The position numbers were made by a program, and so were the translations under genes. DNA of 64,000 bases from an uncultured Bacilli bacterium (GTDB taxonomy: Bacteria; Bacillota_I; Bacilli_A; RF39; UBA660): positions 136,598-200,597 of the forward strand of contig CALVJR010000001.1 in assembly GCA_944332295.1 (NCBI GenBank). Direction: 5' to 3'. The notes below the pieces were generated by a model. That model saw nothing but the letters and a program-made list of their open reading frames with translations. It made no database searches and was not told where the DNA came from. Below, piece by piece: positions 40,011-48,866 of this stretch. How positions within the stretch are numbered: the first letter of the stretch is position 1; each line of letters begins with the position of its first letter.

Positions 40011-40406
40011 ATGAAAACGAGAATAGTATTAACTGGTATATTAAGAGATAAAGATTTATTTTTAGTAGTTAAGAGAAATGAAAATGATAATCTGTATCCT
40101 GGTTCTTGGGAGTTTCCAGGAGGTCATTTAGAAAAAGGAGAAACATTAAAGGATGGATTAAAAAGAGAACTTGAAGAAGAAATTGGTTTTACTGAAAATT
40201 TCAATCCAATTATTACTCATTATTTTGATGAATTAAACGAAAGAAATAACGAATTAATTCATGATTTAGAACTTGATTTTATCATAAATGTTGATAGTTC
40301 AAAAATAGATATTAAATTAAGTGATGAACACTCTGATTATAAATGGGTTACAAGAGATTCTGAATATTTAGATGATTTTATAAAAGATAAATTATCAAAT
40401 ATATAA
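40011..40406 (+). CDS. NUDIX hydrolase (MutT-like)
   Basis: WEFPGGHLEKGETLKDGLKRELEEEIG Nudix box. Confidence 0.92.
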   Translation: MKTRIVLTGILRDKDLFLVVKRNENDNLYPGSWEFPGGHLEKGETLKDGLKRELEEEIGFTENFNPIITHYFDELNERNNELIHDLELDFIINVDSSKIDIKLSDEHSDYKWVTRDSEYLDDFIKDKLSNI

Positions 40407-40504
40407 AAAAATAAGGGATTTTGAATTAGCCCTCATACAAATTTTGTACGGAAGTACAAATTCAGTGCTACCTGGACGAAAATGTAACTCCTAAATATAA
40501 GTTT

Positions 40505-40541
40505 AAAGTACTATCTAAAATTTAGGTAGTGCTTTCTTTTT
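40505..40541 (+). terminator. Intrinsic terminator
   Basis: AAAGTACTATCTAA/TTAGGTAGTGCTTT stem plus T-tract. Confidence 0.6.
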
Positions 40542-40772
40542 CATGAAATTTTTAATTTTTAATAGATTGTTTTTTACAATTTTACGATTATATTCTAGAA
40601 TATAAAAATATATAAGTGTTTACTTAGGATTAATCTCCTACAAGAAATTTGATATCTGTTTTAAAAAAACTAAAATACCACATTCAATTGATTTTCGTAG
40701 TAAATTATTAAAATCTTATTAAATGTTTATAATATATAATTATTATGATATATTATATGTACTGATAAGAAG

Positions 40773-41786
40773 GTGAAGTATATGGATAATACCAAAAATT
40801 TAAGTTCTTTAAGATCTATGATGAATATATCAGAAATGGTTCCATATTTAAAGCAAAAAAATATAAAATTTAATTTAATTTCTGAAGATGATGCGGAAGC
40901 ATATTTAAAATATAATAATAATTATTATAATGTAACTGCATATAAACACAATTTCCCAAAATATCCATCTCCTGCTGGAAAATATGAAGGACTATATCAA
41001 GATTTAGATTTTGCATATTTAAAAGATATGGCAATTATTGATTATAGAATCAGATTACTATTATTTAAAATGATAATTGATATTGAACATTATTTAAAAA
41101 TAAAAATATTAAATACAATAGAAGAAATCGAAGATGAGGATGGATATAGAATAGTTAATTTGTATTTGGAAAAAGATTTCAATGATGAAAAGTTTCCTAA
41201 AAGAGTTCATAATAGTATTTTTAAAAAAGTAGGTAATGAATATTATCAAAAAATATTTTCTAAATATGATGTTGATAAAGATAAAAAGTTAGAAAATATA
41301 CCAATATGGGAATTCCTTGAAATTATTACATTTGGCGAATTGGTTAATTTCTATGATTTTTACACTAAGAAATATAATTTAGTGGATGAAAATAGAGATG
41401 TATATATATTAAGAGATATTGTGAAATTAAGAAATGCTGTTGCACATAATACATGCATATTAAGTGAATTAAATAAGAAAGATAATACTTATCCAGCATC
41501 ATATAAAATTGTACAATATTTAAAAGATTGTAATATAGGGAAAGCAACAAGAAATAATAAGCTTCGTAATTCAAGAATTAGACAAATTACATATACACTT
41601 TATATGTTTAATGAAATAGTAACAAGTGATGGTATAAAAGAAAATGTAAATAAAGAAATAAATAAATTATTTTTTGATAGAATAATTTTACATAAAGAAT
41701 ATTATAATAATAATGAACTATTAAAATCAATATATTCATATTTCAAAAATATAATTGAAAAAAATTATGTGAATGTTGATAAATAG
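40773..41786 (+). CDS. Abi family (AbiD/AbiF-like) HEPN protein
   Basis: NNYY....Y, D..LR......IE..LK, PIWEFLEIITFGEL, HEPN RNAVAH (RX4H). Start may be ATG 40782. Confidence 0.88.
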   Translation: MKYMDNTKNLSSLRSMMNISEMVPYLKQKNIKFNLISEDDAEAYLKYNNNYYNVTAYKHNFPKYPSPAGKYEGLYQDLDFAYLKDMAIIDYRIRLLLFKMIIDIEHYLKIKILNTIEEIEDEDGYRIVNLYLEKDFNDEKFPKRVHNSIFKKVGNEYYQKIFSKYDVDKDKKLENIPIWEFLEIITFGELVNFYDFYTKKYNLVDENRDVYILRDIVKLRNAVAHNTCILSELNKKDNTYPASYKIVQYLKDCNIGKATRNNKLRNSRIRQITYTLYMFNEIVTSDGIKENVNKEINKLFFDRIILHKEYYNNNELLKSIYSYFKNIIEKNYVNVDK

Positions 41787-41822
41787 TTTGACATAAAAAT
41801 ATATTTTATGATATATTGTTTA

Positions 41823-41886
41823 TGCAAGAAAAAAACGTTAAATCGTTTTTGCAAGGGCACTATCTAACGGTGGAGCCCTATTTTTA
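41823..41886 (+). ncRNA. Candidate abiF-type antitoxin RNA
   Basis: TTGACA (41788) and TGnTATATT (41809-41817) directly after the abi stop. Two hairpins (AAAAACG/CGTTTTT and GGGC/GCCC) plus T-tract. Confidence 0.5.
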
Positions 41887-41903
41887 TGCACAAAATTAAA
41901 TCT

Positions 41904-41990
41904 TCTAGATACCAAAATCAGAACTAAATACAAAAAAAGTTATTTTTATAAAATTTAATAAATTATTACAAACTGATATAAATATTTCCC
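41904..41990 (+). repeat. attR: right end of element 2
   Basis: TCTAGATACCAAAATCAGA..AAAGTTATTTTTATAAA..AACTGATA..AATATTTCCC matches 39216-39357 with an internal deletion. Confidence 0.8.
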
Positions 41991-41995
41991 ATAAA

Positions 41996-42021
41996 GACGG
42001 ACAAAAGTCCGTCACTTTTTT
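41996..42021 (+). terminator. Terminator, possibly the displaced native 3' end of the 28451 RNA
   Basis: GACGGAC-aaaa-GTCCGTC plus T-tract, 5 bp beyond the attR core. Confidence 0.65.
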
Positions 42022-42053
42022 ATATTTTAATTAACATAGTGAAGTGATTATAT

Positions 42054-42240
42054 ATGAAAAGAATTAGAAACTTAAGAGAAAACAAAAGTTTAAGTCAAAA
42101 TAAAGTAGTAGAAATATTAAATTATTCACAAACAACTGATTCAAAATAGAAAAAAATCTAAATATATCTGTTGCTTTTTTAATTAAGTTTACAATATGTA
42201 TTAATGATTTAAATGGACTTGCTGATGAAAAAAGCATTAT
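42054..42240 (+). pseudogene. Decayed XRE HTH gene
   Basis: MKRIRNLRENKSLSQNKVVEILNYSQTTDSK then a stop, followed by degenerate remains. Confidence 0.55.
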
Positions 42241-42369
42241 AAAAAATCCCATAGATTAACTAAATAAAATTACTATATAGTAGGATGTAATCTACTATTT
42301 TTATTTTATATTTGATGTTATAATTATATATATCAACAAGTGATAAGTGGCAATTATAAAGGAGTATGT

Positions 42370-42558
42370 ATGAAAAATAATAAAGCTAATATAAATAATA
42401 TAGTGGGTATCATATGATCTATTGTACAAATAATAATAAGTATTATATGTATGATATATAATATTGTTTCAGGCGGAAATTATATAATATGGATTTTAAT
42501 ATTAGGCTCTGGTTTATGTATATTATTTTCTAATATAGATTCACAAAATAAAAAATAA
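42370..42558 (+). pseudogene. Small 2-TM protein gene with an in-frame TGA
   Basis: AAGGAG SD. MKNNKANINNIVGII*SIVQIIISII...SQNKK, TGA at 42415-42417. Confidence 0.55.
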
Positions 42559-42594
42559 TACAAATTATAAATTTATTGTTTAGGAGAATCAATT

Positions 42595-42762
42595 ATGAAT
42601 AATAAAAATGAAACAATAACTAAAACAGTTAAAACCGGTATTACTTTTGGAAGTGCATTAGCAATGGTAATTAGTTATGTTAATTGGCATTCAGTAGGCT
42701 GGGCAATTATTCACGGATTAATGAGTTGGCTGTATGTTATTTATTATATAATTAGATATTAA
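42595..42762 (+). CDS. Small membrane protein (55 aa, not in the ORF track)
   Basis: AGGAG SD. GITFGSALAMVISYVNWHSVGWAIIHGLMSWLYVIYY. Confidence 0.75.
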   Translation: MNNKNETITKTVKTGITFGSALAMVISYVNWHSVGWAIIHGLMSWLYVIYYIIRY

Positions 42763-42871
42763 GTTGCAATTTATTAAAGTTAAACTAGAATTATTTTTAA
42801 TAATTAAACCAGCAGTATGTGTAAAAAAGATAAGATAATTGATAATATTATTCTTGAAACGAGGGATAATT

Positions 42872-43384
42872 ATGAATCAAGAAAAAATTGGAAAGTTTAT
42901 TGCTCAAAAAAGAAAATTAAAAAAATTAACGCAAGAACAACTCGCTGAAAAACTTGGTGTCAGTACCAATGCAGTTAGTAAATGGGAACGAGGATTGTGT
43001 TTAATGGATATGTCATTGTTAAAGCCGATAAGTAAAATACTAGATGTTACTATAAACGAAATCCTTTCAGGTGAAGAAATAAATAAGGAAGATATAATTA
43101 GTAAAACAGATGAAAATATTGTCAATCTTACGGAACTCTATGATTTAAAATCATCAAAAATTGGAGTAGATGTATTTACTATTGTTACATTAATCTTATT
43201 AATTTATTATGGAAAAAAAGATATGAATTGTTTAGGATTTGCCATGATTTGGTTTGTATATCGTATGACATATAGTTATAATAAATATAAATACACAAGA
43301 GATAAAAAGGAAATAAGAGCATCTGTTTTCTATTGTATTTTCTTTATATTGACGACAATAGTTTTTTTTAAACAAACACTTTAA
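42872..43384 (+). CDS. XRE HTH regulator with C-terminal TM helices
   Basis: MNQEKIGKFIAQKRK..LTQEQLAEKLGVS..AVSKWERG. Confidence 0.88.
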   Translation: MNQEKIGKFIAQKRKLKKLTQEQLAEKLGVSTNAVSKWERGLCLMDMSLLKPISKILDVTINEILSGEEINKEDIISKTDENIVNLTELYDLKSSKIGVDVFTIVTLILLIYYGKKDMNCLGFAMIWFVYRMTYSYNKYKYTRDKKEIRASVFYCIFFILTTIVFFKQTL

Positions 43385-43404
43385 TTAACTATAAATGACA
43401 ATTT

Positions 43405-43827
43405 ATGGAGATGATTATGTTGAATAAATATATTCAAGCAACAGGAATATGGTTTTTAATTATTCCACTAGCAATTATAAATGGTGGATTAAGAGAAAAT
43501 ATATTGATTAAATTAGGAGATATTGCATTACCATTAAGTGGAATTATTCTAAGTATATGTATATTTGTGGTAGCATACTTGTTAATACCAAAAATAAAAA
43601 ATTGTAAACAAACAGATTATTTTATCTTTGGAATAATTTGGTTTATTTTAACGAATCTATTTGATTTATTTATGTATATTAGTGAATGTAGAGGAATCAA
43701 AGATTTATTAGGTTCGTATAACTTTTTAACGGGTAATTTATGGATTTTAGTTGTCATTACCACATTTGTATCTCCAATAGTAGTATCAAGAATAAAAAAT
43801 AAGAAAGGTGGAATAGAAAATGTATAA
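43405..43827 (+). CDS. Four-TM membrane protein
   Basis: LAIINGGLRE and hydrophobic helices. Confidence 0.75.
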   Translation: MEMIMLNKYIQATGIWFLIIPLAIINGGLRENILIKLGDIALPLSGIILSICIFVVAYLLIPKIKNCKQTDYFIFGIIWFILTNLFDLFMYISECRGIKDLLGSYNFLTGNLWILVVITTFVSPIVVSRIKNKKGGIENV

Positions 43828-43978
43828 AACAGCTGTTATAGAATATTCTCCAAAAGCAGATGAAATGGCCAAAAAAATAGAGAAAAAAGCCAATGAAATG
43901 TTACAAGATGGTTATGAACTAGTTACTATGTCAATTACAGGAACAGCAAAAGCAATTTTAGTATTTAAAAAGGATTAA
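43820..43978 (+). CDS. Small protein, 52 aa (DUF4177-like, not in the ORF track)
   Basis: AAAGGTGG SD. NEMLQDGYELV...ILVFKK pattern. Confidence 0.65.
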   Translation: MYKTAVIEYSPKADEMAKKIEKKANEMLQDGYELVTMSITGTAKAILVFKKD

Positions 43979-44018
43979 AATAGGGTTGTATAAATTAATG
44001 AAAAGGAGTAAGAAAATA

Positions 44019-44216
44019 ATGAAAAAAACCTTACCCGTGATAGTACTTACAATATTATCGTTGTTAATAACATTTTTTCTATTTGAAATAATGAGTTGGT
44101 ATGATTTTGGTAGCCCTATAACAAGAGTAGTATTATTTAGAATAATTATATGCTTTGTTATTATATTTACTATTTTATTAGGACTAATGTTATTAGTAAA
44201 AAAAAATAAAGAATAA
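44019..44216 (+). CDS. Small 2-TM membrane protein
   Basis: AAGGAG SD, two hydrophobic segments. Confidence 0.65.
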   Translation: MKKTLPVIVLTILSLLITFFLFEIMSWYDFGSPITRVVLFRIIICFVIIFTILLGLMLLVKKNKE

Positions 44217-44363
44217 ATAATGTTAGGTAATAATTTTTTTAACACTAAAAATATAATTTAGTGTTTTTTCTTGAAATAAAGAGTAAAAAGAATTAAACTA
44301 ATAAGCATTAAAATGGTATATAACAAAAAATTATCAATTTGTGAAATATAAAAGGAGAATAAA

Positions 44364-45605
44364 ATGGAATTCATTAATCAATATATAACAACAATAAAAA
44401 AGAATACTTATAAGCTCACTTATTCTAGCGAAGATATAGAAAGATTAAAAGAATATATCATTTTATTAAAAAACTCATATCATAATCCTTTAACAATAGA
44501 TGACCTATATCTAATTCGTATTACAAAGGAAAAATACCTCCCTAAAAATATGACTTACTTTCCTCTAGATTATAGAAATTGTCTTCGATATATTGATAAT
44601 CCCTTTAAATATATTATTGGTTGGACAGAACATAAAATAGGTGACTATGAAAATATGGATTTAGGAGGACCTGTTGAAGAAGGTGCATTTGGAAATAATA
44701 AACTAGCAACTTATTATTACAGATATACCAAGCATTTTTCCATTAACGGATTAGCATCAAATATCTATAATTTTTTAGGACCAAAACATATTTTTGATGA
44801 TGGAGATTTTATCATACTAGAGCCATTAAAAAACAAAATAGAAGATCCTAGGTTAGTGATACTAAATCCAGTAGATACTTTTTTTGATTTGCACGAAAAA
44901 GAGATGAAAATAGGAGAAGATGCAATTTTTATAATAAAAGACTCAGTATACCAGAAATTAGATTCTAGTACTCTAAAAAAATTAGGAGATAGAAAAGTGT
45001 ATCTTTTTGATAATGAGGCATCAGCCGCAACAGATATCGTTTTATTATCTCTAGGTATACTACCACAACACTCTATCGATCAATCGAAGTTAATATCAGA
45101 AAGTTATTTTACAGATAAAAGCATAATAGATGACGAAGCCTATTTAAGACGTTTTCAAGACTTAATAGAAGAAACAAGCCAAAATTATTTACACCAATCG
45201 TATCAAAATCCCCCTGTAGAAATCACAGAAGAAAGAATAAAAAATTTTAAAGAAATGGTAGAAGTACCAGGAATATTACATTCGGAAACTCCATATTTCA
45301 AAGAAGAACAAGAAAAAAATGAACAATCAGAAATAAAAACATACCAAGAATACATGTTTGGATTAATTCCGTTAATAGATAAGGTACCTGAAGAAACCAT
45401 AAGAAAGATAGTATCGACTATAGAATTTGATGTAAAAGAAAAAAATCATTTACCAATTGTGCAAACTTTTTTTGAAACATATCAAGAGTATGAAAAAGAA
45501 TTATTAAATATTATGTTAGAATTATCTTATCCAAATTTTCAAAAATATACAGAAGAATTTAATCAAAAGAAGCTAAAAAAGATAGATAAAAATAGAATTG
45601 GCTAA
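44364..45605 (+). CDS. Hypothetical protein
   Basis: 413-aa ORF with AAGGAG SD. No motif recognised. Confidence 0.75.
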   Translation: MEFINQYITTIKKNTYKLTYSSEDIERLKEYIILLKNSYHNPLTIDDLYLIRITKEKYLPKNMTYFPLDYRNCLRYIDNPFKYIIGWTEHKIGDYENMDLGGPVEEGAFGNNKLATYYYRYTKHFSINGLASNIYNFLGPKHIFDDGDFIILEPLKNKIEDPRLVILNPVDTFFDLHEKEMKIGEDAIFIIKDSVYQKLDSSTLKKLGDRKVYLFDNEASAATDIVLLSLGILPQHSIDQSKLISESYFTDKSIIDDEAYLRRFQDLIEETSQNYLHQSYQNPPVEITEERIKNFKEMVEVPGILHSETPYFKEEQEKNEQSEIKTYQEYMFGLIPLIDKVPEETIRKIVSTIEFDVKEKNHLPIVQTFFETYQEYEKELLNIMLELSYPNFQKYTEEFNQKKLKKIDKNRIG

Positions 45606-45753
45606 AATATATAAATAATCATGAAAAAAGTATAGATTTAAGTGACAAATGTAATGATGCCACCTATCAGAATATTGACAAATGAGTAATTAGGTAATGT
45701 TTTTTTGATTTTAAAAAAGTCTATAGTATAATAAAAAAATTAAAGGTGATAGT

Positions 45754-46706
45754 ATGACAAAATTAGAACAAGATTTACAACTTGCTTATGCATTGATAGA
45801 AGAAAAAGAAAAATATGTGGAGTATTACTGGCAGTTTTATAGACTTTGGCCTTTCACAACAATCAACATGAAAGAATACTTAAATCCATATGATTTAGAA
45901 AATAAAAAATGTACAACAATACAAGGAAGCTCTGATCATATATTAGAACTTTTTCTAAAAAAACCTAAAAAAATAATAGGAGTAGACACAAATCCATTAA
46001 CTGGACATTATGGTAATTTAAAACTAGCATCTTTTGCAGTTTTAAAAAATCCAAAAGAATATTTAGATTTTTTTAGATGGCATGACTATCCTAGTTTTGT
46101 AAAAATAATTATAAAGTACTTGATAAAGATATATTTCAAGAAATATCAAAATATTTATCCGGAGATAGTAAATCATTCTGGGAAGAATTATTTAAAAAAT
46201 ATGAACCAGTAAAAATACGAACAAATTTATTTAAAGATACCGACGAAGAAAATAATCAAGCCCTATATCAAGCATTAAACTATTTGTCAGTAGAAAATTA
46301 TAACTATATTGTAAATAATAGAGAAAAAATGAACTTTAGTTTTAAAAATGTAGATATCAGAAATTTTACAGAGTCAGTAGAAGAAGAACAGGATTTTATA
46401 ACTTTATCTAATCTTATTATTTATGCACATTGTATGTATCCTAATGATACTCTGCAAAGCTACAAAGGATTAATAGAAAATTTATCACAAAGATTAAGTA
46501 AAAAGGGTAAAATCATAGCAGGATATCTCTATGATATTGAAAATGAAGATGATGATAGAAAAATCTACAAACAAGTATTAAGAGATAAAGCATTTCAAGA
46601 ACCAGAATATTCATATCAATATGTAAAAAGAATGAGAGATTTACATTGCAATCAAGACTCAACAAATCATGATGCTACTTTAATATATACCAAAAATAAC
46701 AAATAA
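45754..46706 (+). pseudogene. Frameshifted DUF3419/BtaA-like SAM-binding protein
   Basis: FTTIN, GSSDH, VDTNP motifs. Adding one T at the T4 tract 46095-46098 joins both ORFs (FCKNNYKVLDK..SFWEELF..NYLSVENY). Confidence 0.7.
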
Positions 46707-46805
46707 ATTTTTAGTAAAGAAAAAGAATAAAAGAATAAAGGAATCTTTTTAATCACCTCTTTTATTCTTTTTCTTTTTAAGCTATAATAAAAAATAGGTG
46801 ATACT

Positions 46806-47669
46806 ATGAGTGATAAACTACCAACAAGAGAAGAATATCGAAAAAGAAAAAAGAAAAAATTAAGATTTCGAAAATGGGTAATTGTAGTTTTTTTTATCTT
46901 CTTTCTAAGCATATTATCAGTTGGTAGTATTGGAATTTATTTTTGGTTAAATGATAATAATGAGATTGATAAAATACAAGAAAAAGTAGTTGATGATACA
47001 AAGGTAAAAGAAAAAGAAGATAATGATAATACAGAACAAATAAATCCTCCAGAAGATAAAGCGGATGATTACTGGGATTATATTAAGATGAATCTACTAG
47101 AAGTTGATTTTAATGATTTATTAGCCAAAAATTCGGATACAGTAGGATGGATTCAAGTACAAGGAACAAATATTAATTATCCCATTGTACAAACAACTAA
47201 CAATGACTACTACTTAAATCATGCTTTCGATAAAACAGAAAATAAAGCAGGTTGGGTCTATATGGATTATCGAAATAATGCTGTGGATTTTAATCAAAAT
47301 ACAATTATTTATGCTCATAGTCGTTATAATGGAACCATGTTTGGAAGCTTAAAAAATATATTAAACAGTTCTTGGTATACCAATAAAGAAAATCATATTA
47401 TAAGATTATCAACACCAACGGAAAACACAATGTGGCAAGTTTTTAGTGTCTATACTATCCCAAAAGAGAGTTACTATATTACACCTAGTTTTCCAACTGA
47501 TGAAAGTTACCAAGAATTTTTAAATACCATTAAAGAACGAAGTGAAGTGGACTTTTCGGGAACAGTAAGTACAGGAGATAAAGTGTTAACACTGTCAACC
47601 TGTAAAGACAATTTTGGCAACAGAATCGTTATGCACGCTAAGTTAATCAAAAAAGAGACCAGAAATTAG
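46806..47669 (+). CDS. srtB: Class B sortase
   Basis: VGWIQV.GT.INYPIVQ..DYYL, IIYAH, MFGSL, TLSTC, R.V. Confidence 0.92.
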   Translation: MSDKLPTREEYRKRKKKKLRFRKWVIVVFFIFFLSILSVGSIGIYFWLNDNNEIDKIQEKVVDDTKVKEKEDNDNTEQINPPEDKADDYWDYIKMNLLEVDFNDLLAKNSDTVGWIQVQGTNINYPIVQTTNNDYYLNHAFDKTENKAGWVYMDYRNNAVDFNQNTIIYAHSRYNGTMFGSLKNILNSSWYTNKENHIIRLSTPTENTMWQVFSVYTIPKESYYITPSFPTDESYQEFLNTIKERSEVDFSGTVSTGDKVLTLSTCKDNFGNRIVMHAKLIKKETRN

Positions 47670-47774
47670 TAGAAAAAAATGTGTAATTTATGTAAAAAAA
47701 AGTAAACTTCTATGATATACTAAATATAACGATAGGAGACCTATCTGAAAAATTGGAAAGGAAGGAAGAGAAAA

Positions 47775-48662
47775 ATGAGAAGTTTAAAGAAAATCATGAT
47801 GATGGTTCTAGTTGGTGCATTTGCATTTGTACCAATGGTTAGCGTTGATGCTGCAGAAACGGATATTAAACAAGTTAGTACTGGTGAAGAATTTTTGGCA
47901 GCTATTAAAGATGAAAATGTTACAAATATTGAATTAACAGACGATATTGAAATCACAGAAAGAGGAGTAATCACAACAACAAAAAATATTAATGGTAATG
48001 GACACAAGATTACTTATACGGGTAGTTTCAAAAATGGTGGAGATAACACTACCTGGGGAAGTGATACATCAAATGGTGATGGTATCTACGTAATTTTAGC
48101 TTGGCACACAGATGTTACATTAAGCAACATTACACTAACTGGTGGTAACGTTGGTCTTAGTACAAATGGTGCAAATGTAACATTAGAAGGAACAATTGAT
48201 GTTAGTGGAAATGGATTTGGAGGAATTGAAGTAACAGATGGACAAGATGACCCAAGACTACCTTCATTAACAATTAATGGAACAATCGTAAATACAACTG
48301 AGACTGATTTAACTCCTACATTATGGACTGATGGACTTACAGATGAAGAAGTTGCAACAGTAAATATTGAATACAATGGTGTACAAGTTGCTGCTTATGA
48401 AAATGTAAAAGGACAAGTTCAATTATTCTTAAAAGCAGAAAACACTCCAGAAGGTCAAAATTATGATGCTCTTGACGCTAACGATTATAAACCAGCACCA
48501 ACAGAAGAACCAGATGAACCAACTACTCCTCCAACAGAACAAGACAGAGTAGAAGATAATACTGAAAATCCTGAAACAAGTGATGGAATCTTATTACTTA
48601 GTCTATTAGCAATCGTTGGAGTTACTGGAACAGCATTAACTTACAGAAGATTACATAATTAA
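47775..48662 (+). CDS. Sortase-anchored surface protein
   Basis: Signal peptide (VDA), beta-helix-like body, Pro/Thr linker, NPETSD plus TM helix plus RRLHN. Confidence 0.8.
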   Translation: MRSLKKIMMMVLVGAFAFVPMVSVDAAETDIKQVSTGEEFLAAIKDENVTNIELTDDIEITERGVITTTKNINGNGHKITYTGSFKNGGDNTTWGSDTSNGDGIYVILAWHTDVTLSNITLTGGNVGLSTNGANVTLEGTIDVSGNGFGGIEVTDGQDDPRLPSLTINGTIVNTTETDLTPTLWTDGLTDEEVATVNIEYNGVQVAAYENVKGQVQLFLKAENTPEGQNYDALDANDYKPAPTEEPDEPTTPPTEQDRVEDNTENPETSDGILLLSLLAIVGVTGTALTYRRLHN

Positions 48663-48667
48663 TAACA

Positions 48668-48697
48668 AAAGTACTGCATAAGCAGTGCTTTTTTTTG
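48668..48697 (+). terminator. Intrinsic terminator
   Basis: AAAGTACTGC-ataa-GCAGTGCTTT plus T-tract. Confidence 0.8.
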
Positions 48698-48866
48698 CCA
48701 TAATTTATAAAGAATAAAATAAACAGAAAAAAAGAAACTAAAAATATTCAGATGATAACTTAAATGTTATAAAAAAGAACAACGAATTGTTAGAAACAGA
48801 TGATTTTGTTCTGTCTAGGAAGAAAGATATGGTATAATATTATACAGGTAAAGGCAGGAGAAAGTT

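Larger units (their letters stand above)
39355..41990. mobile_element. Decayed non-autonomous element in tandem (CIME-like, ~2.6 kb)
   Basis: Same left and right end sequences as element 1 but no integrase or relaxase. Its first gene is 5'-truncated at the left end. Confidence 0.75.

Noticed and set aside
42415-42417. In-frame TGA as evidence for genetic code 4
   Set aside because: TGA ends intact genes elsewhere (for example 55440 and 63291) and TGG encodes Trp throughout. A nonsense mutation is simpler.
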